From an uncultured Chloroflexia bacterium (GTDB taxonomy: Bacteria > Chloroflexota > Limnocylindria > Limnocylindrales > CSP1-4), in contig CAWEZH010000002.1 in the NCBI GenBank assembly GCA_963813535.1, positions 1,120,573 through 1,184,572 of the forward strand: 64,000 bases of DNA. Reading direction: 5' to 3'. Below are positions 36,775 to 48,807 of this stretch, one piece after another. How positions within the stretch are numbered: position 1 is the first letter of the stretch; the number at the start of each line of letters is the position of its first letter. Below the pieces are notes generated by a model that worked only from the letters and a program-made list of their open reading frames with translations, was not told where the DNA came from and did no database searches. The translations under genes and the position numbers were made by a program.

Positions 36775-38690
36775 CGCTCGGACTCCGCCAGGTCGCGAGC
36801 TGGCCGGCACGTTGGCGGACGCCGACGGAACCGGTCGTGGAGCCGCCCGACCCGCGCCAGGCGCTGTCGGGCCCGCTCGATCCGTCGCTCGAGGCGATCC
36901 GCGCCGAATTGGCGTCGCATCGTCGCCGGTTGTGGACACGCCGCATCGTGCGTCGCACGTGGATGGCGGTCGCCGCGATCGCCATCGGCGAAGCCGCGCT
37001 GTGGACGGTGGCCCGGTTCGTACCCCTCGAGGCAGCCCCGATCATCGCGGCCGCCATCCCCATGGCGGTGGCGCTGGTCCTGCTCGTGTTCGTCCTTCGC
37101 GCACGGCCGTCGCTCGGTGCGACCGCCCTGGCAGTCGACGTCGAGGGCGGCCTTGGCGACCGCGTCTCGTCGGCGCTGGAGCTGGCGGTCGGGTTCCCCG
37201 GATCAGCCACCCCACCCGCCGACGACCTCGATCTGGACGCGTCGGTCGCTGCCGTCGATGAGCTCGCCGAAACGGATCGATTCGTCCGCCGACAGCGGCG
37301 CGACGCACTCACGAAGTTGCGGACGGCGCCGGCACTGTTCAAGCCGCGCTTCTCTCGTCATCCGGCGCTCGCCGCCCTGGTGGCGGTCGCGCTGCTCGTG
37401 CCGGTCCTCGTCCTGCCGAACCCTCAGTCCGCGGTCCTCGCCCAGCAGCGGGATGTCCGCGAGGCCGCGGCTCGCCAGGCGGATCGGCTCGACGTCATCG
37501 CCCGCGATCTCGAGGACAAGGGCCGGACCGCGGAGGATCCACGCACCCGCCTTGCGGAGGAGCTGCGCGAACTGGCTCGTCGACTTCGCTCGCAGCCCGA
37601 CGACCTTGCTGCCAACCTTCGCCAGCTCGGTGCCGTCGAAAGCGACATCCGGGCGCGCATCGACCCCGCGACAGAGCAGCGCGCCTCGGCGATGACCTCG
37701 CTCTCGCGCTCGCTGTCACGCGCTGCGACCGCCAACCCTGACGCCAACCGCGACGGTGATCCGCAGAAGACACGCGAGGATCTCGACAAGCTCGGTGACA
37801 AGCTCGACGAGATGACCGACGCGGAGCAGCGCGAGCTGGCGCGGCAGCTGGCCGAGATGCAGTCGACCGCTTCGAGCGCCGACGGCGGCGCGGCCACCGC
37901 TCTCCGGGATGCGGCCCAGAGCCTCGCCCAGGGGGACACGGCCGGCGCCAAGTCCGCACTCGATCGGCTGGGCGAGGCCATGACCGGGACACAGGCGAAT
38001 GTCGATACCAACCGCGATCTGGCCGAGGCGGCGTCGCGCCTTCAGGACGCCCGCCGGGACCTGGCCGATGCCGGGCAGCAGGGGCAGGGCCAGCAGGGGC
38101 AGGGCCGGCAGGGTCAGGGCCAAGGTCAAGGCCAGGGCCAGGGGCAGGGTCAAGGCAGCCCGCAGCCGAGCGGGCAAGGTCAGGGTCAAGGGCAAGGTCA
38201 GGGGCAAGGCCAGGGTCAAGGGCAAGGCCAAGGACAAGGTCAGGGTCAAGGGCAAGGCCAAGGACAAGGTCAGGGGCAAGGCCAAGGCCAAGGACAAGGT
38301 CAGGGTCAGGGCCAAGGGTCCATCGGTGGTGGCGGCTCGAACGCCCGATCGCTGGGCCAGGGCACGGGCGGCAATGCGCGGCCCGGTGCGCCGACCGGTG
38401 CCAACCGCGCCGCGCAGCTCGGCGAGGACCTGTCTTCGGTCTTCGCGCCGTTCGACCGCGTCGGCAAGCCCGGCGATCCCTCGTACGTCGCAGGGACCGG
38501 TGGCGATGGCCAGACCCAGCAGGGAAATGGCGTCGGTTCCGGCACCAACAACGGCGTGCTGACGCCGTACCAGCAGGTCTACACCGACTTCCAGGACTAC
38601 GCACAGACGTCCCTCGACCGCGGCTACGTGCCGCTGTCGATCAAGGACTACGTGCGCGACTACTTCAGCTCGCTCGACCCGTCCAACTGA
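36772..38690 (+). CDS. membrane-anchored coiled-coil protein with a (QG)n low-complexity tract
   Basis: Translation starts MTLGLRQV.. and has two TM helices (WMAVAAIAIGEAALWTVARF / PIIAAAIPMAVALVLLVFVL), then a third (ALAALVAVALLVPVLVL). A long Ala/Asp/Arg coiled coil follows, then about 45 QG dipeptides and a conserved C-terminus ending ...YVPLSIKDYVRDYFSSLDPSN. Confidence 0.6.
38076..38318. repeat. tandem hexanucleotide repeat (CAGGGN/CAAGGN)n, about 40 units, encoding (QG)n
   Basis: Directly visible and near-perfect. It also generates the long spurious antisense ORFs 37495..38604 and 37716..38747. Confidence 0.85.
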
Positions 38691-38730
38691 GGTCGCCGAC
38701 CCGTGGTCGGTGGCCGGATCCGGAGGCTTC

Positions 38731-39744
<1,014 letters not shown>

Positions 39745-39754
39745 TTCCGCGGCC

Positions 39755-40735
39755 ATGACCGAGCGAGCGAGCCTCGATCCGGAGGCCGCGCCGACGGGCG
39801 GTGTCGCCACGCCGGCCCGGGCCGGGGAGCGCCAGCCGTTCCTGCCGAGCGAGGTCGACCCGACCGTCTTCGACGAGGCGTTCCTGCGCCAGCTCGAGCG
39901 GCTGCTGCTGATCATGCGCTCGCCCGTACGCGGCGGCCTGAAGGGCGGCCGGCGCAGCGTCAAGCGCGGCCAGTCGGTCGAATTCGCGGACTACCGCGAA
40001 TACACGCTGGGCGACGACCTGCGCCAGCTCGACTGGAACGTCTACGCCCGCCTGGAGCGGCTCTTCGTGAAGTTGTTCGTCGAGGAGGAGGACGTGACCG
40101 TCACGCTCCTCATCGACGCGTCGGCCTCGATGGCGACGGGCCACCCGTCGAAGCTCGTGTTCGCGAAGCGGGCGGCCGCGGCACTCGGCTACATCGGTCT
40201 GGCCAGTGAGGATCGCATCGCCGTCAGCGCGCTCAGCGGGCGCGTCGCGCGTCGCCGCGCTGCGCTTCGGGGGTCCGGCCGGGTCTTCCGGCTCCTCGGT
40301 GACCTATCCGCCATCGAACCGGCCGCCGGCGTCACCGACCTCGTGGCGGCCGCCCGCCACGCGGCCGCCCAGCTCCATGGCCGCGGCGTCATCGTGCTGC
40401 TGAGCGATCTGCTCGACCCGGGTGCCGACCGGGTGATCCGCGAGCTGGCAGCGACCGGGTCAGAGCTGATCGTGCTGCACGTGCTCTCGCCCGACGAGCT
40501 CGATCCCGTACTCGAGGGCGACCTCCGGCTGGTCGACACCGAGACGGACGAACGCGTCGACATCACCGCGGACCTGGCCACGATCGATGCGTACAAAACG
40601 CGACTGGCGGAGTGGAAGGCGTCGTTCGCTGATCTCGCCGCCCGTCGCCAGGCGAGCTACGTCGACCTCCCGTCGGACGTGAACCTCGCCGACCTGATGT
40701 TCGCCGAGCTCCGGCGCCGGCGCGTGCTCGGGTAG
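39755..40735 (+). CDS. DUF58 domain protein (vWA-fold, MoxR partner)
   Basis: Translation contains GQSVEFADYREYTLGDDLRQLDWNVYARLERLFVKLFVEEEDVTVTLLIDASASM, the hallmark DUF58 block. It lies immediately downstream of moxR. Confidence 0.85.
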   Translation: MTERASLDPEAAPTGGVATPARAGERQPFLPSEVDPTVFDEAFLRQLERLLLIMRSPVRGGLKGGRRSVKRGQSVEFADYREYTLGDDLRQLDWNVYARLERLFVKLFVEEEDVTVTLLIDASASMATGHPSKLVFAKRAAAALGYIGLASEDRIAVSALSGRVARRRAALRGSGRVFRLLGDLSAIEPAAGVTDLVAAARHAAAQLHGRGVIVLLSDLLDPGADRVIRELAATGSELIVLHVLSPDELDPVLEGDLRLVDTETDERVDITADLATIDAYKTRLAEWKASFADLAARRQASYVDLPSDVNLADLMFAELRRRRVLG

Positions 40736-40744
40736 CGGCCACAC

Positions 40745-42874
40745 ATGCCGTTCGCCACCCCGCTCGCGCTGCTCGGCCTGCTGTTCGTACCGGCGGTCAT
40801 CGCCATGTACCTGCTCAAGCTGCGCCGTGACGAGGCCGTCGTGCCGTCGACGCTCCTGTGGACGCGCCTCGTGGCCGACGTGGAGGCGAACGCCCCGTGG
40901 CAACGCCTGCGGCGGAGCCTCCTGCTGCTCCTGCAGTTGCTGCTGGTGATCGCGCTCGCGCTCCTCGCTGCCCGTCCGTTCCTCGAGCGGCCGGCCGGGC
41001 TCGCGCGCGACATAGTCCTCGTCATGGACACGTCGGCCAGCATGGCCGCCACGGACGTCGTCCCGGATCGGCTGACTGCCGCGAAGCAGGTCGCCATCGA
41101 GGCCCTCAAGGACCTGCCGACCGGCGGCAAGGTCAGCCTGATCGCCGCGGACCGGACGGCCCGGATCGTGGTGAACGAGTCGAGCGACCTCGCGCGTGTC
41201 CGGCAGGCCATCGAGTCGATCCCGGTCACGAAGAGCCGCGGCGACCTCGGAGATGCGCTGGAGCTGGCGTCGAAGCTGGCCGCGAGATCCGGTGACGCAC
41301 AGGTGCTCGTCGCGACCGATGCGGCGCTGGCGAGCAAACCGACCGGGCGCGTGGCGGCGCCGGTCAAGGTGCTGTCGGTCGGTCGTGAACGGAAGAATCA
41401 GGCGATCGTCGCGCTCGCGGTCAGGACGTCGCCGTCGGCCGTGACGCGTTCCGTCTTCGTCAGCGTCGCGAATCTCGATCTCGACGCGGCCAGCCGCCGC
41501 CTGGAGGTGTGGGGCGACGACCGATTGATCGAGGTCCGCGACGTGCAGCTCGATCCGCAGCGCCGGGCCGACGTGATCATCGACGACCTGCCACGCGACG
41601 TCGCGACCGTGGAAGTCCGCCTCGTCGGATCGGATCCGTCGATCACGGCGCCGCCCGACCAGCTCACCGTCGACGATCGCGCGTGGGCGGTCATCCCGCC
41701 CGATCGCCAGCGGCTGATCCTCGTGGTCGGGCCCGGCGACCCGTACCTCGAGACCGCGCTGTCGTTCCTGCCCGATGTCGAGCTGTACGGCGTGACGCCG
41801 GCAGAGTACGGACCGGCGACGGAGCGCACGGACGGACGGCCGTGGGACCTCGTGATCTTCGAGGACTACCTGCCGGCGACGCTGCCCAGGACGCCCGTCC
41901 TCGCCATCGCACCCCCGCGCACGAGCCCGCTCGGTGATGTGTCCGGCACGCTGAAGGATCCGGGCATCGGGTCGCTCGATCCCGACGAGCCGGTCCTCCG
42001 CTACGTCGACCTGTCCACGACCCACATCGCCGAGGCGGTCAAGCTCGCGGCGCCCACCTGGGCCCGGACGATCGTGCCCGGCCCACGTGGCGCGCCATTG
42101 TTGTACGCCGGGACGCGCGACGGGATCAACAGTGCCGTCCTCGCGTTCGAGCCGCGACGCTCCGACCTGCCGCTGCAGGTCGCGTTCCCGATCCTGCTCG
42201 CCAATCTGACCGGCGAGCTGCTCGGGTCGTCGACCGGACCGAGCGAGGCGGTCGACCCGGGCACGCCCGTCGAGCTGCACATCCCCGCGGGCGCCGTCGG
42301 ACTGACCGTCATCGGCCCCGACGGCGCGACCACCCGGATGGCGCCGAGCTCGACGGCGGAGGGCAGCTCCGCAGTCACGTTCGCGGCCACCGACCTGCCC
42401 GGCATCTACACGGTGACGCCGATCCCCGATCCCGATGCCTCGCCCGAGACGAGCGCCGGTGCGCCGTCGAGTGGCGCCGCCTCCCCTGTCGCATCGGCGA
42501 CGCCGCGGCAGACGGGCGGAGCGGCTGCAAGCCCGTCCGGGTCGCCGGCCGTCCAGGATCCGATGGCGCCCGTGCGCTTCGTCGTCGACCTGTTCGACGT
42601 CGACAAATCGACGATCGCACCCGGCAGCGCCGCGACCATCGAGGTGCTCGGGACGACCGGCGGCGCGGAGTCACCCCAGCCCGGGGCGAGCGCTGCACCG
42701 GGCACGCCGGTGACGGAACGACCCACCACCCGCGACGAGCTGTGGGTGCCGATCGTCCTGCTGATCCTTACCGTGTTGTGCGTCGAGTGGGCGCTCTTCC
42801 ACCGTGACGGCCTGATCCGGCTCCGCCGGCTCCTCGGCGATCGGCTGGCGCGTGGCACCGGGACGGGTCCCTGA
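40745..42874 (+). CDS. BatA-like membrane protein: aerotolerance-regulator N-terminal domain + vWA (MIDAS) domain + long extracytoplasmic region + C-terminal TM
   Basis: The N-terminus MPFATPLALLGLLFVPAVIAMYLLKLRR....LLWTRL is BatA_N-like. The vWA MIDAS motif DTSASM is present, and a C-terminal TM helix (LWVPIVLLILTVLCVEWALF) follows. Confidence 0.75.
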   Translation: MPFATPLALLGLLFVPAVIAMYLLKLRRDEAVVPSTLLWTRLVADVEANAPWQRLRRSLLLLLQLLLVIALALLAARPFLERPAGLARDIVLVMDTSASMAATDVVPDRLTAAKQVAIEALKDLPTGGKVSLIAADRTARIVVNESSDLARVRQAIESIPVTKSRGDLGDALELASKLAARSGDAQVLVATDAALASKPTGRVAAPVKVLSVGRERKNQAIVALAVRTSPSAVTRSVFVSVANLDLDAASRRLEVWGDDRLIEVRDVQLDPQRRADVIIDDLPRDVATVEVRLVGSDPSITAPPDQLTVDDRAWAVIPPDRQRLILVVGPGDPYLETALSFLPDVELYGVTPAEYGPATERTDGRPWDLVIFEDYLPATLPRTPVLAIAPPRTSPLGDVSGTLKDPGIGSLDPDEPVLRYVDLSTTHIAEAVKLAAPTWARTIVPGPRGAPLLYAGTRDGINSAVLAFEPRRSDLPLQVAFPILLANLTGELLGSSTGPSEAVDPGTPVELHIPAGAVGLTVIGPDGATTRMAPSSTAEGSSAVTFAATDLPGIYTVTPIPDPDASPETSAGAPSSGAASPVASATPRQTGGAAASPSGSPAVQDPMAPVRFVVDLFDVDKSTIAPGSAATIEVLGTTGGAESPQPGASAAPGTPVTERPTTRDELWVPIVLLILTVLCVEWALFHRDGLIRLRRLLGDRLARGTGTGP

Positions 42875-45858
42875 TGGGCGTCAGCTTCGATACACCGCTC
42901 GCGCTGCTGCTCCTCATCCCGTTGCTCGGGCTCACGGGCGCCCTCTATCTGACCGCGCGACGGCGCGTCGGCGTGGGCCGGCGCAGGATCGCCCTGGTCG
43001 TGCGGACGGTGCTGCTGACGGCGCTGGTCCTCGCCCTCGCCGGGTTCCGACTGGTGCTCCCGGTGGACCGGCTCGCCACGGTGTTCGTCGTCGACCTGTC
43101 CGATTCGGTCGGCAACGCCGGCCGTGAGGACGCGCTGGCGTTCCTGCGCGAGACGCTCGTGGAGATGCCCGAGGGCGACGTGGCGGGCATCGTCGCGTTC
43201 GGCAAGCAAGCGCTCGTCGAGCGACTGCCGTCAGAGGTCGCCGAGATCTCGAGACTGGCGTCGACGCCGGTCACGTCGGCGACCGACATCGGCGGTGCGC
43301 TTCGGCTGGCCACCGCGCTCTTCCCCGACGATGCCCAGAAGCGGATCGTGCTGCTGTCGGACGGCAACGACACGACCGGTGGCGGGCAGGCCGAGGCCGC
43401 CCTGGCCGCGACGCGCGACATCCGCATCGAGACGCGCATCATCGGGCTCGGGCCGGGCGACGAGGTCCTCGTCGAGCGCGTCATCACGCCTGCGACGGCC
43501 AGCCTCGGAGAGTCGATCGAGGTGGCGGCAGACATCCGCTCGTCGGTCCGGCAGCAGGCGACCGTGCGCCTGTTCGCGAGTGGCGAGAACGTGGCCACCG
43601 AGCGCGTCACGCTCGAAGCCGGGGTCACCCGTGTGACCTTCGACGTGACGCCCGAGGAGGCTCGGTTGCACACGTTCCGGGTCGTGGTCGAGGCCGGCCG
43701 CGACACGTTCAGCCAGAACGATCGTGCCGACTCCGTGACGATCGTGAAGGGTGAGCCACGCACGCTCGTCCTGGCCGGCGACGAGATCGTGGCCGACGAG
43801 CTGGTCGCGGCGCTGACCAAACAGCGCCAGAAGGTCGACACCATCGTCCCGGAGGCCCTGCCGACCGACTTCGCTGACCTGGCGACCTACGACAGCATCG
43901 TCCTGGTCGACGTCCCGCGGACCCGACTGTCGGACCGCCAGCTCGGTGCGCTCCAGGTGTTCGTGCGGGACATCGGCAAGGGCCTGGTGATGATCGGCGG
44001 CCCCGATTCGTACGGCGCCGGCGGCTACCAGAAGACGCCGCTCGAGGAGACGCTTCCGGTCGACATGGGCGTGCGCGACCGGCAGAAGCAACCCGACGTC
44101 GCGCTCGTCGTCGTGATCGACCAGTCCGGCTCGATGGACGCGTGTCACTGCAACTCGTTCAACGGTGGCGCGGGCGGCGGCACGGGCATCGGTGGGGTCC
44201 GCAAGGTCGATATCGGCAAGGAGGCGATCCTGCGGGCGGCCGCCGCACTCACCGAGCGCGACGAGCTCGGCGTGGTGTCGTTCAACGAGCAGGCCCACTG
44301 GGTCGTGAAGACGCAGCCGCTGGGTGGTGTCGGCGACCTGCAGGGCAAGATCGCGGACATCCAGCCGCTGGGGCAGACCAACATCTTCGCGGGTCTCGAA
44401 CAGGCCGTGGAGTCGCTCGAGGACGCCACGGCGACCCGGCGGCACATCATCCTGCTGACCGATGGTTGGTCGAGCTCGGGGCAGTACGACGAGATCCTCG
44501 GGCGCATGAAGGCCGCCGGGATCACGCTCTCGACGGTCGGCGCGGGCGGCGGCTCCAACCCCTTCCTGCAGGGGCTCGCGCAGCAGGGTGGCGGCCGCTT
44601 CTACGACGCGGCGAACCCGGCCAGCATCCCGGACATCTTCCTCAAGGAGACCCAGCAGGTCTCTGGCCAGCAGATCATCGAGGAGCCGTTCTTCCCCATC
44701 TTGACCTCGTCGTCGCCGATCCTACGCGGCCTCGATGACGGGTTGCCCCGGCTGCGCGGCTACAACGGCACGACCGCCAAGCCGGCGGCCCAGACCGTGC
44801 TGGTCACGGGTCGCGACGACCCGCTCCTGGCCCAGTGGCAGTACGGGCTCGGCCGATCGGTGGCGTGGACGTCGGACTCGACCGGGCGCTGGGCGCGGGA
44901 CTGGCTCGGCTGGGACGGCTTCTCGCGCTTCTTCAGCCAGCTCGTCTCATGGACCTTCCCGGGCGAAGAGACGGGCGGGATCGAGGCCGCGTTCGACACC
45001 CAGGGCGGTCAGACGACGCTCCACGTCGAGAGCGTGGAGGCGGATGGCTCGCCGCGCGACTTCTACTCGACCACCGCGGTCGTCGTCGGCCCCGACTTCA
45101 CGACCGCCGACGTCGACCTCGTACAGGTCGCGCCGGGCGTGTACGAGGTCCCGCTCGGCGAGATCGATTCCGGCGCGTACGGCGTCCGGATCACCCAGAC
45201 ACGACCCGGCTCGACGCCGCTCGGTCGAACCGTCGGATTGGTCGCCCCGACCGCGGCCGAGTACAGGCTGCTGGGCACCAACGAGCCGCTCCTGACGTCG
45301 CTCCGCACCGCGACCGGCGGAAGCGAGATCGAGACCCCGCTCGACCCCTGGATCCACGACCTGCGAACCACGTCCCGCTCGACCGACCTGTGGCCGTTGC
45401 TCCTGGTCCTCGCCCTGGTCCTCTGGCCGCTCGACATCGCCCTGCGGCGTGTCTCGGTCGGGCGGCGGGAGTTCGCAGCAGCGGGCGCGTGGGTCCGCGC
45501 CGTGCCGCGGCGACGGCGCACCACCGCGGCCCGGACCGCGACAAGCGAAAGCATGCTCGCGACGCGCGCACGCGCGACCTCGGAGGAGACACGATCCGCG
45601 CTGCGTCGCACACCCGATGCGGACGCCGCGCAGCCCGCAGCGACGGCGACACTCCCGGCGCCGGCGACACGCGCCGCGGCGCCATCGGTCGCACCTTCAT
45701 CGCCGGCGGCCGCTACCCCCGCACCGGCTGCCGACGCGGCACCATCGACCGCGGCACCACCTGCCCCTCCGGCTACGCCGGCCCCAGGACCCGCGGCGCC
45801 GGCTCCCGACACCCTTGCGCGTCTGCGTGACGCGAAGCGCCGCGCCCGCGAACGCTAG
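42874..45858 (+). CDS. BatA-N-terminal + double vWA domain membrane protein with C-terminal TM and Ala/Pro-rich tail
   Basis: The N-terminus MGVSFDTPLALLLLIPLLGLTGALYLTARRR is followed by two MIDAS motifs (VDLSDSVGN; VIDQSGSMDACHC). A C-terminal TM helix (LWPLLLVLALVLWPL) is followed by a low-complexity AAPAP tail. The start overlaps the upstream stop by 1 nt. Confidence 0.7.
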   Translation: MGVSFDTPLALLLLIPLLGLTGALYLTARRRVGVGRRRIALVVRTVLLTALVLALAGFRLVLPVDRLATVFVVDLSDSVGNAGREDALAFLRETLVEMPEGDVAGIVAFGKQALVERLPSEVAEISRLASTPVTSATDIGGALRLATALFPDDAQKRIVLLSDGNDTTGGGQAEAALAATRDIRIETRIIGLGPGDEVLVERVITPATASLGESIEVAADIRSSVRQQATVRLFASGENVATERVTLEAGVTRVTFDVTPEEARLHTFRVVVEAGRDTFSQNDRADSVTIVKGEPRTLVLAGDEIVADELVAALTKQRQKVDTIVPEALPTDFADLATYDSIVLVDVPRTRLSDRQLGALQVFVRDIGKGLVMIGGPDSYGAGGYQKTPLEETLPVDMGVRDRQKQPDVALVVVIDQSGSMDACHCNSFNGGAGGGTGIGGVRKVDIGKEAILRAAAALTERDELGVVSFNEQAHWVVKTQPLGGVGDLQGKIADIQPLGQTNIFAGLEQAVESLEDATATRRHIILLTDGWSSSGQYDEILGRMKAAGITLSTVGAGGGSNPFLQGLAQQGGGRFYDAANPASIPDIFLKETQQVSGQQIIEEPFFPILTSSSPILRGLDDGLPRLRGYNGTTAKPAAQTVLVTGRDDPLLAQWQYGLGRSVAWTSDSTGRWARDWLGWDGFSRFFSQLVSWTFPGEETGGIEAAFDTQGGQTTLHVESVEADGSPRDFYSTTAVVVGPDFTTADVDLVQVAPGVYEVPLGEIDSGAYGVRITQTRPGSTPLGRTVGLVAPTAAEYRLLGTNEPLLTSLRTATGGSEIETPLDPWIHDLRTTSRSTDLWPLLLVLALVLWPLDIALRRVSVGRREFAAAGAWVRAVPRRRRTTAARTATSESMLATRARATSEETRSALRRTPDADAAQPAATATLPAPATRAAAPSVAPSSPAAATPAPAADAAPSTAAPPAPPATPAPGPAAPAPDTLARLRDAKRRARER

Positions 45859-45885
45859 CCGGCGAACACAATCCCGGCCCGCGGG

Positions 45886-48193
45886 TCAGCGGCGCGCCAG
45901 ACCGTGGCCCGGCGGTAACTCCTCGATCTCCGGCATCGACGCATCGTCCAGGATGCCCATCGACCACGCGGTCGCCTCGACGCCGCCGCCTCGATTCCGA
46001 CCCGCCGCGGCCAGCCCACGGGCGGCCACGACGCCGAGCAGTGTGAGCGCTGCGATGAGGGCCCACGGGAACTGGCGGTAGTCGACGCCACCGACGACCG
46101 AGAACTCGCCGATCGAGGTGTTGCCCGACACGTCTGTAGCCGTGAGCCGGATCATCTGCGGCCATGGCGCAAGGCGCGTGACCACGGTGAACCGGCCGCG
46201 GTCATCGACCTCGAGGGGGCCGGCGCCGTCGATGCCGACCGTGGAACCGGGTTCGGCGCGGCCGGGGAGTCGTGCGAGGAACGGCCAGACCGGGTTCGTG
46301 AACGGCGTCTCGAGGTTGAGCGTCGGCCCGACCGCATCGCGGGCGATCGTGCGGACCACCGGGAACCCGACCTCACCCCAGTCGTTGACCGGGACGACCC
46401 GCATCGCCCACCGCGTCGTCGAATCGGTCCCCGTTCGACGGATCGCCCCGAGCTCGAGCGTCGTGAACGAGCCGTCGCGACCCGACTCGTTGCCCGGCGG
46501 GACGGGGACGCGCACGGTGCGCACGACGCCGTCGCCGTCGGGTGCCTCGAGCAGGCCCTCGATCTTCGAGGGCGCCACGTCCGCACCCTCCTCGCCCTCG
46601 GCGAGCGGCGCGATGCTGACGAACATGCGCGTGCCGGTGAAACCCGGGAGGATCGTGCTGCCATCGCTCGCCGTGGCCGCCTCGATGGTCGCCTTGGGCG
46701 ACGGGAAATCCTGGAAGTAGACGACGTCGCTGCCGCGCACCTCGGAGAGCACGAACGGGGTAGATGGCCCGTGCCGCCACCAGCCGGCGGGCCCCGCTGC
46801 CAGTGGCGTCGGGCTGGTCGGCAGCCCGACCGCCGGATCCCACCCGACACCGGCCGCGATCAATCCGGCACGCCGGCCTTCGATCGGCATCGCCGCCGCG
46901 AGACGCGTCGCGACCCAGGTCGCACCCTCGCGGAGATCGGCGACTCCGCACGGCAGGATGGCCCCCGGCATGACCAGGTCGGGACAGGCATCGTCGGCGA
47001 TCGCCCCGAACCAGGCACTCGACAGGCCGTGGACCAGGACATCGGTCGTGGCCGAGGAGGTCAGCAGGTCCCATCGGTCGCCGGCCAGCGCCCGTCGATC
47101 GAGGCTCGTATGGTCGCTGCCGACGAACCGGCCGTCGGCCGAGCGGTGGAGGCGTTCGGCATGCAGGCCGTCCGGGGAAAGCCAGCCGATGCGATCCGCA
47201 TCCCCCGACGCGCCCGCGTCCGGACCCGCAACGAGCGGGATCGTGGGTCCGTCGAACAGCCGCTCCGGCTCGCCCCCCGCGGCGTCCACCACCGCGAGAC
47301 CCTCCGCCAATGAAGCCAGGGCGTGGTCCGGACCGTCCTCCTCGCTGCCCAGTCGGATCGGCGGCGGGATGATCGTCAGGTCGCGCGACGCCCCGAGTTC
47401 TGCGACCGTCGTCTCGGTCCCGTCGCGCAGACGGACGGCGACCAGCCGCGACTGACCTGGCCCGCCGGGCGGGCACTGTGCCGATGCATTGACCAGCAGG
47501 TCGTCGCCCGGGGCGCCGTCCCAGCGTCCGATGACCCCTCGACCCAGCCGGCCAGGCATGTCGATGGAGCGACGGACGGCCGCTGTCGCCGAGTCGAGCA
47601 CCAGCAACGAGGTCGTGCCGCACGAGCCGCTCGCATCGAATGACGGACGCAGCCCGAGCACGATCTCGTTCGTGCCGAGCCCGTCGACGTCGGCTGCACC
47701 GGCATCCTCGATCGCCTGGTCGATCCGCCCGCGGCCTGTCTGGACCAGCGTGGGCGCGCCCGCCTCCTCGCGCACCTCGATGCCGACGACGATCGCGTGC
47801 GCCGGTTCCCGGCGCGTTCATCGGGCTCGTGCCGATCAGAGCGAACCGGTCATCACCGAGGCCGACCAGCCAGCGCGCGTCGAGATCGTCGCGCTCGAGA
47901 TCGACGTCGAGGACGGTGATCCTCTCCCAGGAGCTCGCACGGCGAAGGATCGACAGGCGCGCCATGGTCGGCGTCAGCCGCTCGTCGTCGAGGACGAGCA
48001 GCATCGGGGTGGTCCCCTGCGGAGCACCGTCCGTCGGGCCGAGGACGGCCATGTCGGCCATGGGCGACTCGAGTCGGCTCGCCACCGGGGACGATCCGGC
48101 GCCGGCCGCAGCCGGAACGACACCGGCGGCCAGGGCGATGCCCAGCACGGCGGCCCAGATGGACGAGCGTGGCGGTCGGTTCGCAGCGGTCAT
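45886..48193 (-). CDS. large secreted protein with signal peptide and C-terminal TM anchor; apparent 1-nt frameshift near 47800
   Basis: The N-terminal 130 aa (MTAANRPPRSSIWAAVLGIALAAGVVPAAAG...LIGTSPMNAPGTG) are in the 48193 frame. The remaining 629 aa, in the 47775 frame, are beta-rich and end ...FPWALIAALTLLGVVAARGLAAAG. The frames meet at ggaaccggcgcacgcgatc. Confidence 0.5.
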
Positions 48194-48259
48194 GGCAGCC
48201 TCAGCCGCGCCATCGTACCCCTGCCGGCGCGCTCAGCCGCCCGGTGCTAGCCTCGGGCC

Positions 48260-48718
48260 GTGGCATCCCATCGCTCCATCGCGGCGTGCCTCGTCGCGCT
48301 GGTCCTCGTTGGCGCCTGCGGCACGATCTCCACGACGCCGCCGGCACCGACCCCGGCGGACTTCCAGGGCATCGCGGCGGAGCTGTCGAAGCGGGACATC
48401 GCCCTCGACACGCTCGTTTCGGGCGACGCCGGGTGCGACGACCCCACGCTCATCCAGACCGCGATCGGATTCGACGCTTCCGGGATCGACCAGGCCGACC
48501 CGATCCGCATCCACATCTACATCTTCAGGAACCGCGCATCGTTCGAGAAGCTGCGGGCCACGATCGACAGCTGCGCCCGTGCGTTCGTGACTGATCCGCA
48601 GACATTCGAGACCGTCGAGCAGTCGCCGTTCGTGCTCGCCGGGCAGGGTCCCTGGGCGCCCGGGTTCGAAGCCGCCGTCCGCGACGCACTGGAGGTCGCC
48701 GCCGGCACAGGGGACTAG
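48260..48718 (+). CDS. lipoprotein (152 aa)
   Basis: A GTG start gives (M)ASHRSIAACLVALVLVGACG with an LVGAC lipobox, followed by a small alpha/beta domain. Confidence 0.6.
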   Translation: MASHRSIAACLVALVLVGACGTISTTPPAPTPADFQGIAAELSKRDIALDTLVSGDAGCDDPTLIQTAIGFDASGIDQADPIRIHIYIFRNRASFEKLRATIDSCARAFVTDPQTFETVEQSPFVLAGQGPWAPGFEAAVRDALEVAAGTGD

Positions 48719-48807
48719 CGGGACTAAGGTCCGGGGCACCTCCTTCCCATCGTCGATGGGACGTCCGACCCACGGTCCGGTCGGGCACTGACCGGGATGC
48801 TGGCGTC

